Of a stretch of 64,000 nt of DNA, positions 27,450-41,164 are shown one piece after another. This stretch comes from Eledone cirrhosa (Eukaryota), in assembly GCA_964016885.1 (NCBI GenBank), contig OZ024740.1, forward strand, positions 337,714,001-337,778,000, given 5' to 3'. Position numbers and translations under genes: made by a program. Under the pieces are notes generated by a model. That model saw only the letters and a list, made by a program, of their open reading frames with translations. It had not been told where the DNA came from and did no database searches. The stretch's first letter is position 1, and each line of letters starts with the position of its first letter.

Positions 27450-27519
<70 letters not shown>

Positions 27520-27522
27520 ACG

Positions 27523-27594
<72 letters not shown>

Positions 27595-28168
27595 TGTATA
27601 TATATGTTGAACTTTCTTTCCTCTTTCCAATATAAAGCGTGAAACTAATAAGACTTTTTGTACCTCTGTTTGTTGTCTCCTTGAACTATATATATGTATA
27701 TATCTGTTGACAATTTCAATATAAATTGGTTTATCATAGAACATAGCATGCTTTACTGAAACAATTCTAATTATTTACACCTGAAAAATAACACATTTTA
27801 ACAAATAAAAAAAAAAGCAATATGTAATATAAAAAGAAAGAATCAGATAATGCCAAAGGGATGTCACATCAATACAGTCTACATCTTGTAATTTACAATA
27901 GAAAAAAGTAGCATGTGATTGATTTACAGGATGTAAACAATAAGACCAACTGGAAGTTTACAACATGTTGCCCTGTAAATGCAATGCTAGCATGTGTTAC
28001 ACAATATCCCCCCTCCAAACATATGCACGCATGTATCTATGTGTATATCATGACTCATACAGTATTCACTTTCCTGACATTTATACATTATTATATGTAC
28101 TATACATGCACCTTTGATGAGTTGTAGTGCACCCAAGCACTGTACACAATAATTTTCATTATTATTAT

Positions 28169-28270
28169 GAGGTTAATCTTTGCCTTTCATCCTTGCGGGG
28201 TCGATAAAATAAAGTACCAGTAATGTACTGGGTAATTGCTGGCCTTGTGCCAAAAGTAGAAACAATTATT
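28169..28270 (+). mobile_element. SINE family A, 5'-truncated
   Basis: gaggttaatctttgcctttcatccttgcggggtcgat.. Confidence 0.8.
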
Positions 28271-28535
28271 ATTTATATATATATATATTTGTACATCATC
28301 ATCATCACCATGTATGCACACACACACATGTACACATATGTATATATATATATATAAATATATATCGGTAGTACTGGTACTACAATAAAATGCATCCTGT
28401 ACACCCTGTAAAGTGGTTAGAAGGACATCCAGCTATAGTAAAATGTGATCCCTTGATCCATCTATCCTCAGAGGGTGCTAACACAAACAACCGACCACCC
28501 TATACCAGAATGGAAAATGCATGTAAAATAATAAT

Positions 28536-28712
28536 TGTTTCTATTTTAGGCACAACGCCAGCAATTACCCAGTACATTACTGGTACTTTATTTTATCGAT
28601 CCCGTAAGGATGAAAGGCAAAGTTAACCTCGGCGGGATTTGAACTCAGATCATAAAGGGACGTAACTCTATGCTTCAAAGCATGGTGTCCGACTCTACCG
28701 ATACTGCCAATC
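28536..28712 (-). mobile_element. SINE family A with a 16-bp TSD
   Basis: TSD catgtaaaataataat at 28520 and 28713. Confidence 0.9.
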
Positions 28713-29079
28713 CATGTAAAATAATAATGATGATGATGTATATCAGAAAGTTAAGGAGTGAAAATTGACATTATATGAGCCTGGAATTCCTGATGTTTGT
28801 ACATTACCCCATGTACTATACATACACTTTTTGATGAGTTGTAGTGCACCTGAGCACTGTACATAATATTTTCATTATTATTATATTAATCCTCCTCATT
28901 TCCCGAGCTCACTTTAAGAATCCTTTTAATTGCTATTTACTCAATCAAAAATATTTTATATACACATCCACATCACACAAGCATATTGTGGATGTGTACG
29001 TGAATATATTCATGTTTAGCAAATACAAGTACATAGGTATATATACATGTAAATGGTTGTCTGGGTTTTGAATGTTTGT

Positions 29080-29103
29080 ATGTATGTATAAATGTATGCT
29101 TGT

Positions 29104-29175
<72 letters not shown>

Positions 29176-29191
29176 AAATGTAAGCTTGTAA

Positions 29192-29225
<34 letters not shown>

Positions 29226-30625
29226 AAATGTATGCATGTAAGTGTGCATGTGTGTGTGTATGTGTGCATGTATGCATGTATGTGTGCATGTAAGTGTGTA
29301 TATGCATGTGTGTGTGTATGTATGTATGCATGTAAGTGTGCATGTGTGTGTGTATGTGTGCATGTATGTATGTATGCATGCATGCAAGTGTGCATGTGTC
29401 TGTGTATGTGTGCATGTATGTAAGTATCTATGCATGCAAGTAAGTGTGCATGTGTGTGTGTATGTGTGCATGTATGTATGCATGTAAGTGTGCATGTGTG
29501 TGTGTATGTGTGCATGTATGTATGCATGCATGTAAGTGTGCATGTGTGTGTATGTGTGCATGTATGTATGTATCTATGCATGCATGTAAGTGTGCATGTG
29601 TGTGTGTATGTGTGCATGTATGCATGTATGTGTGCATGTAAGTGTGTATATGCATGTGTGTGTGCATGTATGTATGTATGCATGCATGTAAGTGTGCATG
29701 TGTGTGTGTATGTGTGCATGTATGCATGTATGTGTGCATGTAAGTGTGTATATGCATGTGTGTGTGTGCATGTATGTATGTATGCATGTAAGTGTGCATG
29801 TGTGTGTGTATGTGTGCATGTATGCATGCATGTAAGTGTGTATATGCATGTGTGTGTGTGCATGTATGTATGTATGCATGTAAGTGTGCATGTGTGTGTG
29901 TATGTGTGCATGTATGCATGTATGTGTGCATGTAAGTGTGTATATGCATGTGTGTGTGTGTATGTATGTATGTATGCATGTAAGTGTGCATGTGTGTGTG
30001 TGTATGTGTGCATGTATGTATGTATGTGTGCATGTAAGTGTGTATATGTGTGTGTATGTGTGCATGTATGTATGTATGCATGTAAGTGTGCATGTGTGTG
30101 TGTATGTGTGCATGTATGTATGTATCTATGCATGCATGTAAGTGTGCATATGTGTGTGTATGTGTGCATGTAAATGTGTATATGCATGTGTGTGTGCATG
30201 TATGTATGTATGCATGCATGTAAGTGTGCATGTGTGCATGTATGTGTGCATGTAAGTGTGTATATGCATGTGTGTGTGCATGTATGTATGTATGTATGTA
30301 TGCATGTAAGTGTGCATGTGTGTGTGTATGCGTGCATGTATGTATGTATGCATGTAAGTGTGCATGTGTGTGTGTATGTGTGCATGTATGTGTGCATGTA
30401 AGTGTGTATATGCATGTGTGTGTGCATGTATGTATGTATGTATGTATGCATGTAAGTGTGCATGTGTGTGTGTATGCATGCATGTATGCATGTAAGTGTG
30501 CATGTGTGTGTGTATGTGTGCATGTATGTGTGCATGTAAGTGTGTATATGCATGTGTGTGTGCATGTATGTATGTATGCATGTAAGTGTGCATGTGTCTG
30601 TGTATGTGTGCATGTATTCATGCAT
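29080..30625. repeat. Higher-order purine-pyrimidine microsatellite (TG/TATG/CATG blocks punctuated by catgtaagtgtg)
   Basis: Seen directly; the H/T/Y/M-rich ORFs are artefacts. Confidence 0.95.
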
Positions 30626-30697
30626 ATCTCTCTCTCTCTTAATTCTGTGTTTAATTTTTGTTAAAGAAAAATGAAATTTCTATTACTCCTCATGCAA

Positions 30698-30990
30698 TCA
30701 GTCATATTCTGAATTGTAAGAATGTTTTAGAGATTTGAAGGTTCCAGATATCATAACCATTTGTAGATTCTGAATTAAAAATCTGTGTTCTTTCTCCAAC
30801 AATCCAAATTTAGTTATTATTTGGGCCAGGCAGATTGTAGCTCCAATAACAATAGCTATGAAACTGAATGAGCAGTTTGGATACTGGATCTGCAAACTTC
30901 TCATTAATGGCCCATAGATATTCTCCTTCTCTTGTATATTTCTTACTACACTGACATCATGTGGGCAGCTGACTTCTACAACAAACCATG
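30698..30990 (-). mobile_element. Restriction-like endonuclease (RLE) C-terminal fragment of an R2-group (R4/Dong/HERO-like) LINE
   Basis: Minus strand reads WFVVEVSCPHDVSV..QEKENIYGPLMRSL..IAIVIGA..LIQNLQMVMISGTFK. Confidence 0.65.
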
Positions 30991-31454
30991 TATGTATGTA
31001 TAGAAATACTTGGTTTGGTGCCCGAGCACATGGTTATCCCACTCGGTGTGACAGACCCCTAGTTCTTGTTAGGACATCATTCTAGGTGAAGGAAAATTCT
31101 GATGTAAAACCTGCGACTCAATGGCAGCCAATAATATTGACCTGTTCTTGTTTTGGGATTCCTGTCACTGTTGTTCAGAGAGTGGGATTGGTCCAGTGCA
31201 AGACCATTCTTCATTTTAAAAAAAGTTTCAAGCACAAGCAACACTTGATCTAAACAACTTTCATGTGTGTTGTGTGAGAATGGCCTTTTCTTTTTCTTTC
31301 ACATGCAAAAAAGAATCTAAATCTTTGGAAGGGCTAAAAGGTCATCTTTGAGCCACCCATGCATGATAAAAGGGGCAAGGGATGGCAATTCTCAAAACCG
31401 AGATGCAGCCAATATGTGTGTGTGTGTGTGTGTGTGCTTGTGTATATATATATA

Positions 31455-31800
31455 TCATCATCATCATCATCATCATCAACGTTTAACGTCTAGAGATGCC
31501 TACTGGCTGTAGTTGGTTTTACTATGTATTTAGGTAAGGCGGGTCTTCTCTGTTACTGAGTACCGCCAAAGGTCTCGGTCCAGTGACATTGTCTTGGAGA
31601 GGTGTAAGTGTGTGAGGTCGGAGTTTATCAGCTCGTCCCAGGTTTTTCTAGGTCTGCCTATTCCGTGGCTACCGTCTATCTTTATTGCCCTGCACTTTGT
31701 TATACAGCTATCGACTTTCATGCGCATCACATGTCCATACCAACGTAGCCTTCTCTCGAGTAAACAACATCTGATCCCTCTTATTTCTAATTTTTTCCTT
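31455..31800 (-). mobile_element. Older-subfamily RTE 3' fragment with most of the 3' UTR deleted
   Basis: ORF 31530-31814 matches 25017-25313; ggcatctcta joins directly to gacgttaaacgtt(gat)n. Confidence 0.85.
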
Positions 31801-32404
31801 ATATATATATGCAAATGTGTCTACACAAGAGTATGTTCTTTTCAGTAGAGCTGTATATATAAGAGTATGTTTGTATAAAATTAAATTTACTTCAGTTGGC
31901 TAAATATTTTGTTCATTCAGCAATAAGAATATTCAAAGGGCGTCTTTATCCTGGAATGTTTTTCCCTAGAGGTAGTAATTTTTGGTTTCCAGCATCTCTA
32001 CAAACAATTCCCCACTTCTCTTCATTAATTCAATCCTTCACCTTTCCTTTTTGTTTTGTTAGAGGCATTGACTTTTCCTACCTCTCTATCCAATCCTATA
32101 CTCTTTCTTTTCAATTGTTCACCTTGAACCTAAGACCTTTGACTATCTCATAACACCACACTCTCTCTTTCTAAGCCTACCCCTTCACTTCCACACCAAT
32201 CTTTCAAAATCAAATCTTACATTATATATTTTCCTACACCACCACTTTTCATCTTTTCCTCACTTTTTGATGAAAGAACAAGCCCTGAAATGTTTGAATG
32301 TTCCTTGTGGTAATTGTACTGATTGAACTCTCTTGTGGATCAATTGTTGGTGGTGCAGACCAAAACAACTTTCATCAGATTCTAGATTTTACTTTACATG
32401 TATA

Positions 32405-32479
<75 letters not shown>

Positions 32480-32926
32480 GGTGAGAGAGAGAGAGAGAGA
32501 GGTAGATAGATAGAGGGAGAGAGAAAGAGACAGAGAATGAGAGAGAGAGAGAACTTACCTATAAAGAGTTTCATAACAACTATCTGCAAAATTTAAGCCT
32601 CTGGTATCAGACTTGTTCTTAAGTAAATGGTTATTCATTTATTTATTCAAATCAAAGAAATATCTCATTGAAGATGAGTGAAATACTTGATAGAGATTCT
32701 ATTTCACCAGCCGAGATGGAATTGCTACAAGTATCATGGCTAGACAACCGGATAATAATGACAATAACAAGAAGAACAAGAAGAACAACAACAGTAGAAA
32801 ACAAAAAAACAAAATGAACAAAGTAAAGTCAAAATTAAGAGCATGATTCACACCAGTGATAAATACCAAATGACTGCATATGGGAAGGTAATGTATAAAC
32901 TATATATAACAGATAGGTGAACAAGA

Positions 32927-34270
32927 CTCTTCCACCTGGCTGTGCTAAATATGTATTAGTCTTCTACCTGACTGTATTAAGTATGTATTAGTCTTCTACC
33001 TGACTGTGTTAAATGTGTATTGGTCTTATACCTGACTGTATTAAATATGTATTAGTCTTCTACCTGACTGTATTAAATGTGTATTAGTTTTCTACCTGAC
33101 TGTATTAAATGTGTATTAGTCTTCTACCTGACTGTGTTAAATGTGTATTGGTCTTCTACCTGACTGTATTAAATGTGTATTAGTCTTCTACCTGACTGTA
33201 TTAAATGTGTATTAGTCTTCTACCTGACTGTATTAAATGTGTATTAGTCTTCTACCTGACTGTATTAAATGTGTATTAGTCTACTACCTGGCTGTATTAA
33301 ATGTATATTAGTCTTCTACCTGGCTGTATTAAATGTGTATTAGTCTACTACCTGACTGTATTAAATGTGTATTAGTCTTCTACCTGACTGTATTAAATAT
33401 GTATTGGTCTTCTACCTGACTGTATTAAATGTGTATTAGTCTACTACCTGGCTGTATTAAATGTGTATTAGTCTTCTACCTGGCTGTATTAAATGTGTAT
33501 TACTCTTCTACCTGGCTGTATTAAATGTGTATTAGTCTTCTACCTGGCTGTATTAAATGTGTATTAGTCTTCTACCTGACTGTATTAAATATGTATTGGT
33601 CTTCTACCTGACTGTATTAAATGTGTATTAGTCTTCTACCTGACTGTATTAAATGTGTATTAGTCTTCTACCTGACTGTGTTAAATGTCTATTGGTCTTC
33701 CACCTGGCTGTATTAAATATGTATTAGTTTTCCACCTGACTGTATTAAATGTGTATTGGTCTTCTACCTGACTCTATTAAATGTGTATTAGTCTTCTACC
33801 TGACTGTATTGAATATGTATTAGTCTTCTACCTGGCTGTATTAAATGTGTATTAGTCTTCTACCTGACTGTATTAAATGTGTATTAGTCTTCCACCTGAC
33901 TGTATTAAATGTGTATTAGTCTTCTACCTGACTGTATTAAATATGTATTAGTCTTCCACCTGACTGTATTAAATATGTATTAGTCTTCTACCTGACTGTA
34001 TTAAATATGTATTAGTCTTCTACCTGACTGTATTAAATGTGTATTGGTCTTCTACCTGACTGTATTAAATGTGTATTGGTCTTCTACCTGACTGTGTTAA
34101 ATGTGTATTAGTCTTCTACCTGACTGTATTAAATGTGTATTAGTCTTCTACCTGACTGTATTAAATGTGTATTAGTCTTCTACCTGACTGTGTTAAATAT
34201 GTATTAGTCTTCTACCTGGCTGTATTAAATGTGTATTAGTCTTCTACCTGACTGTGTTAAATATCTATTG
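32927..34270. repeat. 32-bp minisatellite, ~42 copies
   Basis: Unit tattaaatgtgtattagtcttctacctgactg; period 32 (cctgactg at 33191 and 33223). Confidence 0.95.
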
Positions 34271-35900
34271 TTCTTTCCTCTGACTTAGTGACAAAAACAC
34301 AAATAAAAACAAGTGAAGAGTTTAATGGCCGTAATGAATGTGGAATCTAATGTTTTGAGCTTTGCCCTTTGTCTGATATTGGGAAAAAGATAAAACAGTG
34401 TTGCTTGAGTTTTAGATAAGTATGGGAACATGTGATATGTGTATTGAGAGATGTACACTGAGAGTGATGTATGAAAGGATATGAAATCTTGTGCATGAGG
34501 TGAATGAATGTGGAAGAAAATAAGGATTGAGAAGGGATGTTGAACAAGTCAATGTTTCAAACAAAGTAATGAATAAGGAATTCAAGTTAATTCTGGAATA
34601 ATATGTTAAGTAGAAGAATGGGAAAGAAAGAGAAACTGTACCTAGAAAACCTTTTTAAATATTGATGATCTGTAAGAAACTGCAACAAAATATTCTTTTA
34701 ATACTGCCTGCAAAAACGTTTAAATATACATGATAAATTAATACTGAAAACTAGATAGGGTGTTTTGACAAGATGGATAGTTGAACAAGGCATACTTGAC
34801 ACACACTAATATTTTTTACATCATGTGCAAATGTTGTCAGAAAATGACAATGACACGAATCTGCATGAAGCAGGCTCTAAAATATATAAAGATAATTGTT
34901 TTACAAAGTTTAGAGAATGCTTACCTCCAAATAACAACATTTACAAATAATCCAGAAAAATATTTTACAGGGACTGTGATTATCTCCCTTCTCAATGTTA
35001 CAAGTCAGCACAGAAAATATATAAAAATAAACATTCGGCAGACACAATAATCTTTGTAAAGGACAAAAAAAAAAGACTGCAATACAATATCAATAGAGGA
35101 GACACTATCATTAGGGGAGATATCAATTCACACAACTCCTTTTAGCTTTTAAATAGTACAGATAACAAAAGAGGTAACATGATATCACAAACTTACTTTA
35201 TATCCTAAATAAACCATATCAACATACACTTACACCCCACCAAGCCAACTACAACTTTTCCCCTGACATCACTTTCTACTCAACACTATCTACCATAACT
35301 ACTTTGCAAACAATTCCCCAAACTTTGCTTGGACCACCCACTATTTATCAAATCACTTTCAAACATCAGTGAAGAAATCAAAAACACTTTCATAAACTTA
35401 AAAAAATAAATTTAATTGTTCAACCAAGAAACAAAATTTAAATTTTCAAAATTCAACAATACAAACACCGACATAAACATTACAATACAAATAATCAGTG
35501 AAATAATTATAGACACATGCAAAAAAAAATATCTACAAATCAACATAAAAAATAAAATTCAAATTATAGACCAGAAATAGCTAACTTGATAAAAAAAACA
35601 GAGACAATCTTTGACACAAGTAAAATAAAACTCAGCATCAATGAAATAAAGAGACACTACCAGAATACAAGGAGACAACAGCACTCGTGTATGTGTATGG
35701 ACTCTGCCATATCACAGCCATCCCAGGCTTTAGTGATGACTGCGAGCCTTAACAACCTTTGAATGACTGCATTGATTTCATGTGCATATGCCCAATAGGG
35801 AATATTCATTGGCTTATTTTAGTCAGTCTGACACTGACTCTAGCAACACATGGCCACATAGATTCCTCTCTGACAAATCTCCAAAGTTCCTTCAGACCAC

Positions 35901-35937
35901 CTCCCTGATGATAGATGAGAAATCCGAAATATAGGGA
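35901..35937 (+). ncRNA. Minimal hammerhead-like motif
   Basis: ctcc CTGATGA t agat-gagaa-atcc GAAA ta TA ggga. Confidence 0.5.
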
Positions 35938-36086
35938 CTAATAAATCGATTCCAAGGCTTCTCCATCTCTGGTTTTCATTTCGTTTTACATTTCCTTTTC
36001 CTATTTTCTCCCCTTTCTTCCTACTGTCACCTGATTTTGTTCCCTGGAGATTTATCCACCCGCATTGTAGAGGCTTCCAAAAATGA

Positions 36087-36145
<59 letters not shown>

Positions 36146-36147
36146 TT

Positions 36148-36186
36148 CTTGTCTGATGACCCTATGATAAACTCCAGAGTAACAAG
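36148..36186 (+). ncRNA. Degenerate hammerhead motif in a solo pLTR-like piece
   Basis: cttgt CTGATGA..taaa ctc-ca-gag TA acaag; the GAAA is damaged. Confidence 0.45.
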
Positions 36187-36264
36187 CTTTAATAAATTGA
36201 ATATTAAAACTCTACTTCGGTATTGAGTACTCCTTTCTTGCAGCCATCAACTATATATATATAT

Positions 36265-36335
36265 AAATGGCTTCTACAAGGCTTTCCTGATGATTTCTTT
36301 TGAATGAAACAGTTCTAGTCCTGTAGAAGCCATTT
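36265..36335 (+). ncRNA. Hammerhead-like motif in a solo pLTR-like piece
   Basis: CTGATGA tttc-tttt-gaat GAAA enclosed by a 14-bp helix aaatggcttctaca/tgtagaagccattt. Confidence 0.5.
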
Positions 36336-39234
36336 CTATATTAAACAAGTTGTTTACACTCTATTAATGTATTGAGTACCTTACTTACTGTGGTTACCCC
36401 CAATTGAACCCGGGACTCACACATATATATACAAGAACAGTAAACTAGCAAACAACTGTATCCAACATAAGCCACAAACAACAGCAGTAACTACTATAAA
36501 TAGTAATTAATAGTATTAACAAGAACAACAATGGTTACACCATACTCCATGTAACAATGAGAACATCAAATAATAAACCCACACTGCAGTGTCAAGCAAA
36601 GAATCTTATCATACATTTCTTAAATATCAGCCGACAAAAAGTACACGAGGAAGACAGGAAGACAAAACGAGACCACAATCTTGACCCCTTTTTTTCATTA
36701 GACACCCAAAAAATTATAGGGACATCTAAAACCTAAAAAAACCTGTGACAAACAAAATTTTAAACATTCTTTTATAACATAAACCCTGAAAGAATCACTT
36801 CACTCACCAACATCTACAATTAATTGTACTGACACTAAAATTAGAGCAAAAACCCAAGTGAAGTTACATAATGTAAGATTTTCACTTTCCTACATGTACC
36901 CTCAAAACTTCCCAAAAGGCTAATTTTTGACATCACTAACCTCCCTGTCTAATTTACAACAAAATTCAGACCAATACATTCAACCACCAGACTACAGAAA
37001 ATATACGATGTCTAGAGCAATAAAAAAATGTCCAAACATACAATTCTAAGTAACATCGACATCAGCAAACTCCGTTTTACTAAAACAAAAATTATGAACT
37101 TCATCTTAAGAAACAACACAAATGTCAAACAACATGTCAGTTTACCAAGCTCCTGTAGAGTACAAAAAAACAATACTTCCAGAACCTGACAATCAAATAG
37201 AACTGGTCATCATATGAAACAACATAAATATACTGGTCTCAATACAAAAATATTAGACTTACTTGACTTAAAAAGACATGCACACAAGTTCAACAACATT
37301 TCATACAAAGAAATTAATTTCATGAAATATAACATCGGCAACTGATGTTTTCTATGAGTGTATCATGAACAAAACGTTTGAAAACGGTTCATAAAATTTA
37401 ACATAAATTTAATTTCAAAGAGAAGAAACCGGAACAGTTTTCTCTAAGTTCTTTATACCCTGATGAAGGAAATTTTAAGTCCCGAAATATTAGGACAAAA
37501 GAAACAACACCAACAGAAACAAACAAAGATTACCGGGTAACTAAATTTTTCGTTACCATTATCTTATGGGCCATTTTGCACATTATATAAATTTTCCACA
37601 TTATATAAAATATTATATACAATGTTTCAAGCAAACTACAACATTTTATTAAAAATACTAGACTTTTAATACAATTCCTCCACAACATTCACTAAAGAAA
37701 TAAAAAATGATACATGCACAGACAAAGTAATTACAGGAACTAAATTAGACAAACAGGAAGAAACAACAACAATAGTATACAAACATAATGGTGTACAAGT
37801 CATATACAGACCATATCAATAGACCACCTACATAATAGTAAAAATGTAAGAACATGCAACAGTTGTGGCATATTCATTTGGCAAGCTTAAATCAGCGCAG
37901 TCCCTGTTATTTACATGAAGAATCACCACCAAACATCCAGCCTGGCCATATATACAACACCCTAGAGTTCTATTATAACAACATCCTATAAACACTATCC
38001 TTCCTCAGTCAGCATAGACAAATATAAGGAGCACATACAAGGAGAAATAACTGCAGCATCTATAACTTCACTAGCTTCTAAGGATGTACATTACTAACAA
38101 TAAGTACTGAGAAATAGCTGAGTTTGCCTTGCTCTCCTCTCTATATATGTGCAGGTGTTTGGTAACATAGAATATACCTAATTACAGTTTGGCTGGATTA
38201 CAACAATATTATATTATGTTCTCACACATATATTCTAACATATGTTAATGTGGAAGGTGGGCATTAAATGATGATGATGATGATGATATTCTAAAAGTAT
38301 AGCACATTGGTAAATTTCCAAAAGCTGTAATGAGTTAACAGGAAAATCCCTATATAGTAGCTTTACATACTTTACTAATTAATTAAATTTCCAGAATTGT
38401 TTCACTTGACTATTTTTTACTAGAATTAATCATCAAATTAATGATTTGTTTGGGTGTAATTTTTATTAATTAAGCTTTCTTGACTCACTATATTAAGTAT
38501 GCTAGTACGAACTTGACTATTATGTTTTCAGTTAGAAGGAGTCTCTGAGTTTGTTTTCATTCCTTCCTTTAAGTTATCACACCTTGCAGTGTTCATACAT
38601 TAAAATCTGATACATTCTCTAGAAATTCCAAGATCTGCAGACTATGCTTAGTTGATATGGTCTAATGAGACTAAAAACATTATTTGAGTTGTTACTGTAC
38701 TGACTAAGATTAGATTTACTCCCCCACTGCATTCTATATCTAATTAGTTTAACTTATTGGCTTCTGTTGTCTGTTTTCTTGAGCAGGTAGATAACATACA
38801 CTAATCACAAAAAAAAAAACCAGACTTAAAATGATGTATAAATTGAATTCTTAAATTCACACCTGATTTAAGATGGATCTCATACATTGCATCTGTTGCC
38901 GGGATGTGCAGAATTAAATACATAGTATAATTGAAGACGAGCTCTTTCATCATTTCAACCACTAATATTGGCAGAATGTTACAAGATTGTCCCATTTCTA
39001 CTGTTATTTTCATGGAACATGTTTACATGTACCTCATTCCCTGGTACTACTAATCCAATGATTTTTCACCAGTTCTTTGCCAAATTTAGTGAATCATATT
39101 TGTATTTCCTGGATACCTCATGGAGATACAGCAAGTTTCATGCATGAATCTTTTTACCAGAACAGCTGAATAGCAAAATAAACTCTTTCTTCATTGTTTT
39201 TCTGTAGAATACAATATTTATTATTATTTTATTC

Positions 39235-39502
39235 ATAAAATGTAGGAATCCCAAATGTAGGAAAGACTATGACTGTCGACTGCTACAAATAATAGCCTTG
39301 AAAATGAGGTTAAATACCCTTATCGGTGGAAAAATGTGACCAGCAGTCGCTACCAAAAATTGAATTCTCAGGGATACAGAGTTCCCTTTTTTGTAGCTGG
39401 CCAGTTTTTTCCACTTAGGGTATTTTACCTGCTTTTTTAGTCTATTATGTATAGCAATTGACTGTTATAGCCTTTCATGTGTTTGGGATTCCTACATTTT
39501 AT
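39235..39502. mobile_element. ~270-bp fold-back element (MITE-like)
   Basis: 21-bp perfect terminal IR ataaaatgtaggaatcccaaa/tttgggattcctacattttat; imperfect pairing continues inward. Confidence 0.7.
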
Positions 39503-40242
39503 AAAAACCAATTTCATATTACCAGGCACTTCAATAGTTTACAAATTTTATATTCTAATATTTTGAGTTAGCAATTACCTTGCCTAATGTTAGTGGTTTC
39601 CTACATTTTAATATTTTTATTGGTTCTTTTAATGTCATCTGATTTTATTCCATTTTATTAACTCCTTTATTGTTATCTCATTCAACGTATTTTATTGCTA
39701 TCAGTTCTTTTATTACATTCCTATCATATTTAATTTACATCTTTCATCAATTATTTTATTGTCATCTTTCATTTGCTCTCTTTCTGTGTGTGTATCCAGC
39801 TTAGAATAACCACACTGTATTTCTGTGTGTTGTAAGAGGTGACTAATAGGGTTGGTACCTAGAAGGGTATATGTCAGTAAGACACTGCTTCAAAGTGGAT
39901 TCCATGATGAGTATGAAATCTATCATGGGCCTGCAAGGCCTTACTTTCAATGGGGAAATAACATTAATGTGCTGTGTGTTGTGATTTTATTTGTTATGTT
40001 TATAGCTTCATGAAATTAATGTCATTCCTTTATTCTCTTATACATTGGCCTAGAAGTGACCAATGGGCTTTGCTTGGGGTGATTTTAAGTTAAGAAAAAA
40101 TATAAACACCAAATTTAAAGGTATTAAAGGGAAGGAAGCTGCAGTAGAGAAAGACCAAGGCAGATGCTGTGAAAGCCAATCTCAAATGGCTGAAGCTCAG
40201 AGAGGGGGTTACAAAAGACTAACAAACATGGAAAAGCATATA

Positions 40243-40580
40243 TATCATCATTTCATTTTACTTCCGCTTTTTCCCTGCTTGCAAGGGTGGGACGGGAACT
40301 GATTTTGGCTTGATTTCTACAGCTGGATGCCCTTCCTAACACCAACCTCATTTACAGTGAGTGCTGGGTGCTTTTTTGCCGTGGCACCTCCACGACCACT
40401 TTGCAGTGGAATGATAGGGACCCCAGTCCCTATCATCTCATTTCTACAGCTGAGTAAGCTGGAGCAATGTGAAATAAAGTGTCTTGCTCAAGGAAACAAC
40501 ACATCACCCGGTCTGAGAATTGAACTCCCAACCTTTCGATTGCAAGGCCAATGCTCTTACTACTAAGCCATGTGCCTCCA
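40243..40580 (-). mobile_element. SINE family B (tRNA head, CORE-like domain, RTE-derived 3' end)
   Basis: Reverse-complement homology to 58282-58616. Confidence 0.88.
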
Positions 40581-40592
40581 TATATATCTAAG

Positions 40593-40679
<87 letters not shown>

Positions 40680-41073
40680 AGATAACTGTCACTTCTTTAC
40701 AGAAGGGCCATCTCTTCAACAAATTCCTTGCCATTATGAAGCACAGCCAACTGCAGGCTGCTGGCCAGTTTGAGGATGGAACAGCTTTTGTTTAGGTCAT
40801 CTTTTCTAGACTCTTTGCATGTGGTATGGGTAAGCAGTGCATCCCCCAAACGGGCTAATCATTTGGTCATGACGTTAGGTTAAGACTTGAGCTACCCACG
40901 TATAGATTTGTGACTATGTGCTTCTAACTGGTCAAGTCTACACATGTTGCCATTCCTCCATAGGACTTGTGAAGAAATATCAGCACATAAAGATGGCAAT
41001 GCTACATGGTTGTGCTATATATATAGCACCCATATATATATATATATATATATATCTAAGTCTCTCTCTCTAC

Positions 41074-41106
<33 letters not shown>

Positions 41107-41125
41107 CTTAGATATATACACATGA

Positions 41126-41164
<39 letters not shown>

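Larger units (their letters stand above)
35050..37560 (+). mobile_element. Heavily decayed APE-type LINE remnant, interrupted by short HHR-bearing inserts
   Basis: ggagatatcaattcacac (GDINSH) at ~35117, tcccctgacatcact (SPDIT) at ~35259, agaactggtcat (RTGH) at ~37199; many stops. Confidence 0.4.

Noticed and set aside
28945-30664. Long His/Thr/Cys-rich ORFs up to 550 aa
   Set aside because: Stop-free by virtue of the RY microsatellite composition
31015-31110. HDV-like ribozyme upstream of ctaggtgaaggaaaattctga
   Set aside because: P1- and P3-like pairings only; no convincing P2/P4 or catalytic junction
32927-34270. Possible CRISPR array
   Set aside because: Head-to-tail units with no unique spacers, no cas genes, eukaryotic context
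39140-39210. Possible host exon on the minus strand (KTMKKEFILLFSCSGKKIHA*) after an AG
   Set aside because: Too short, no partner exons or recognisable homology
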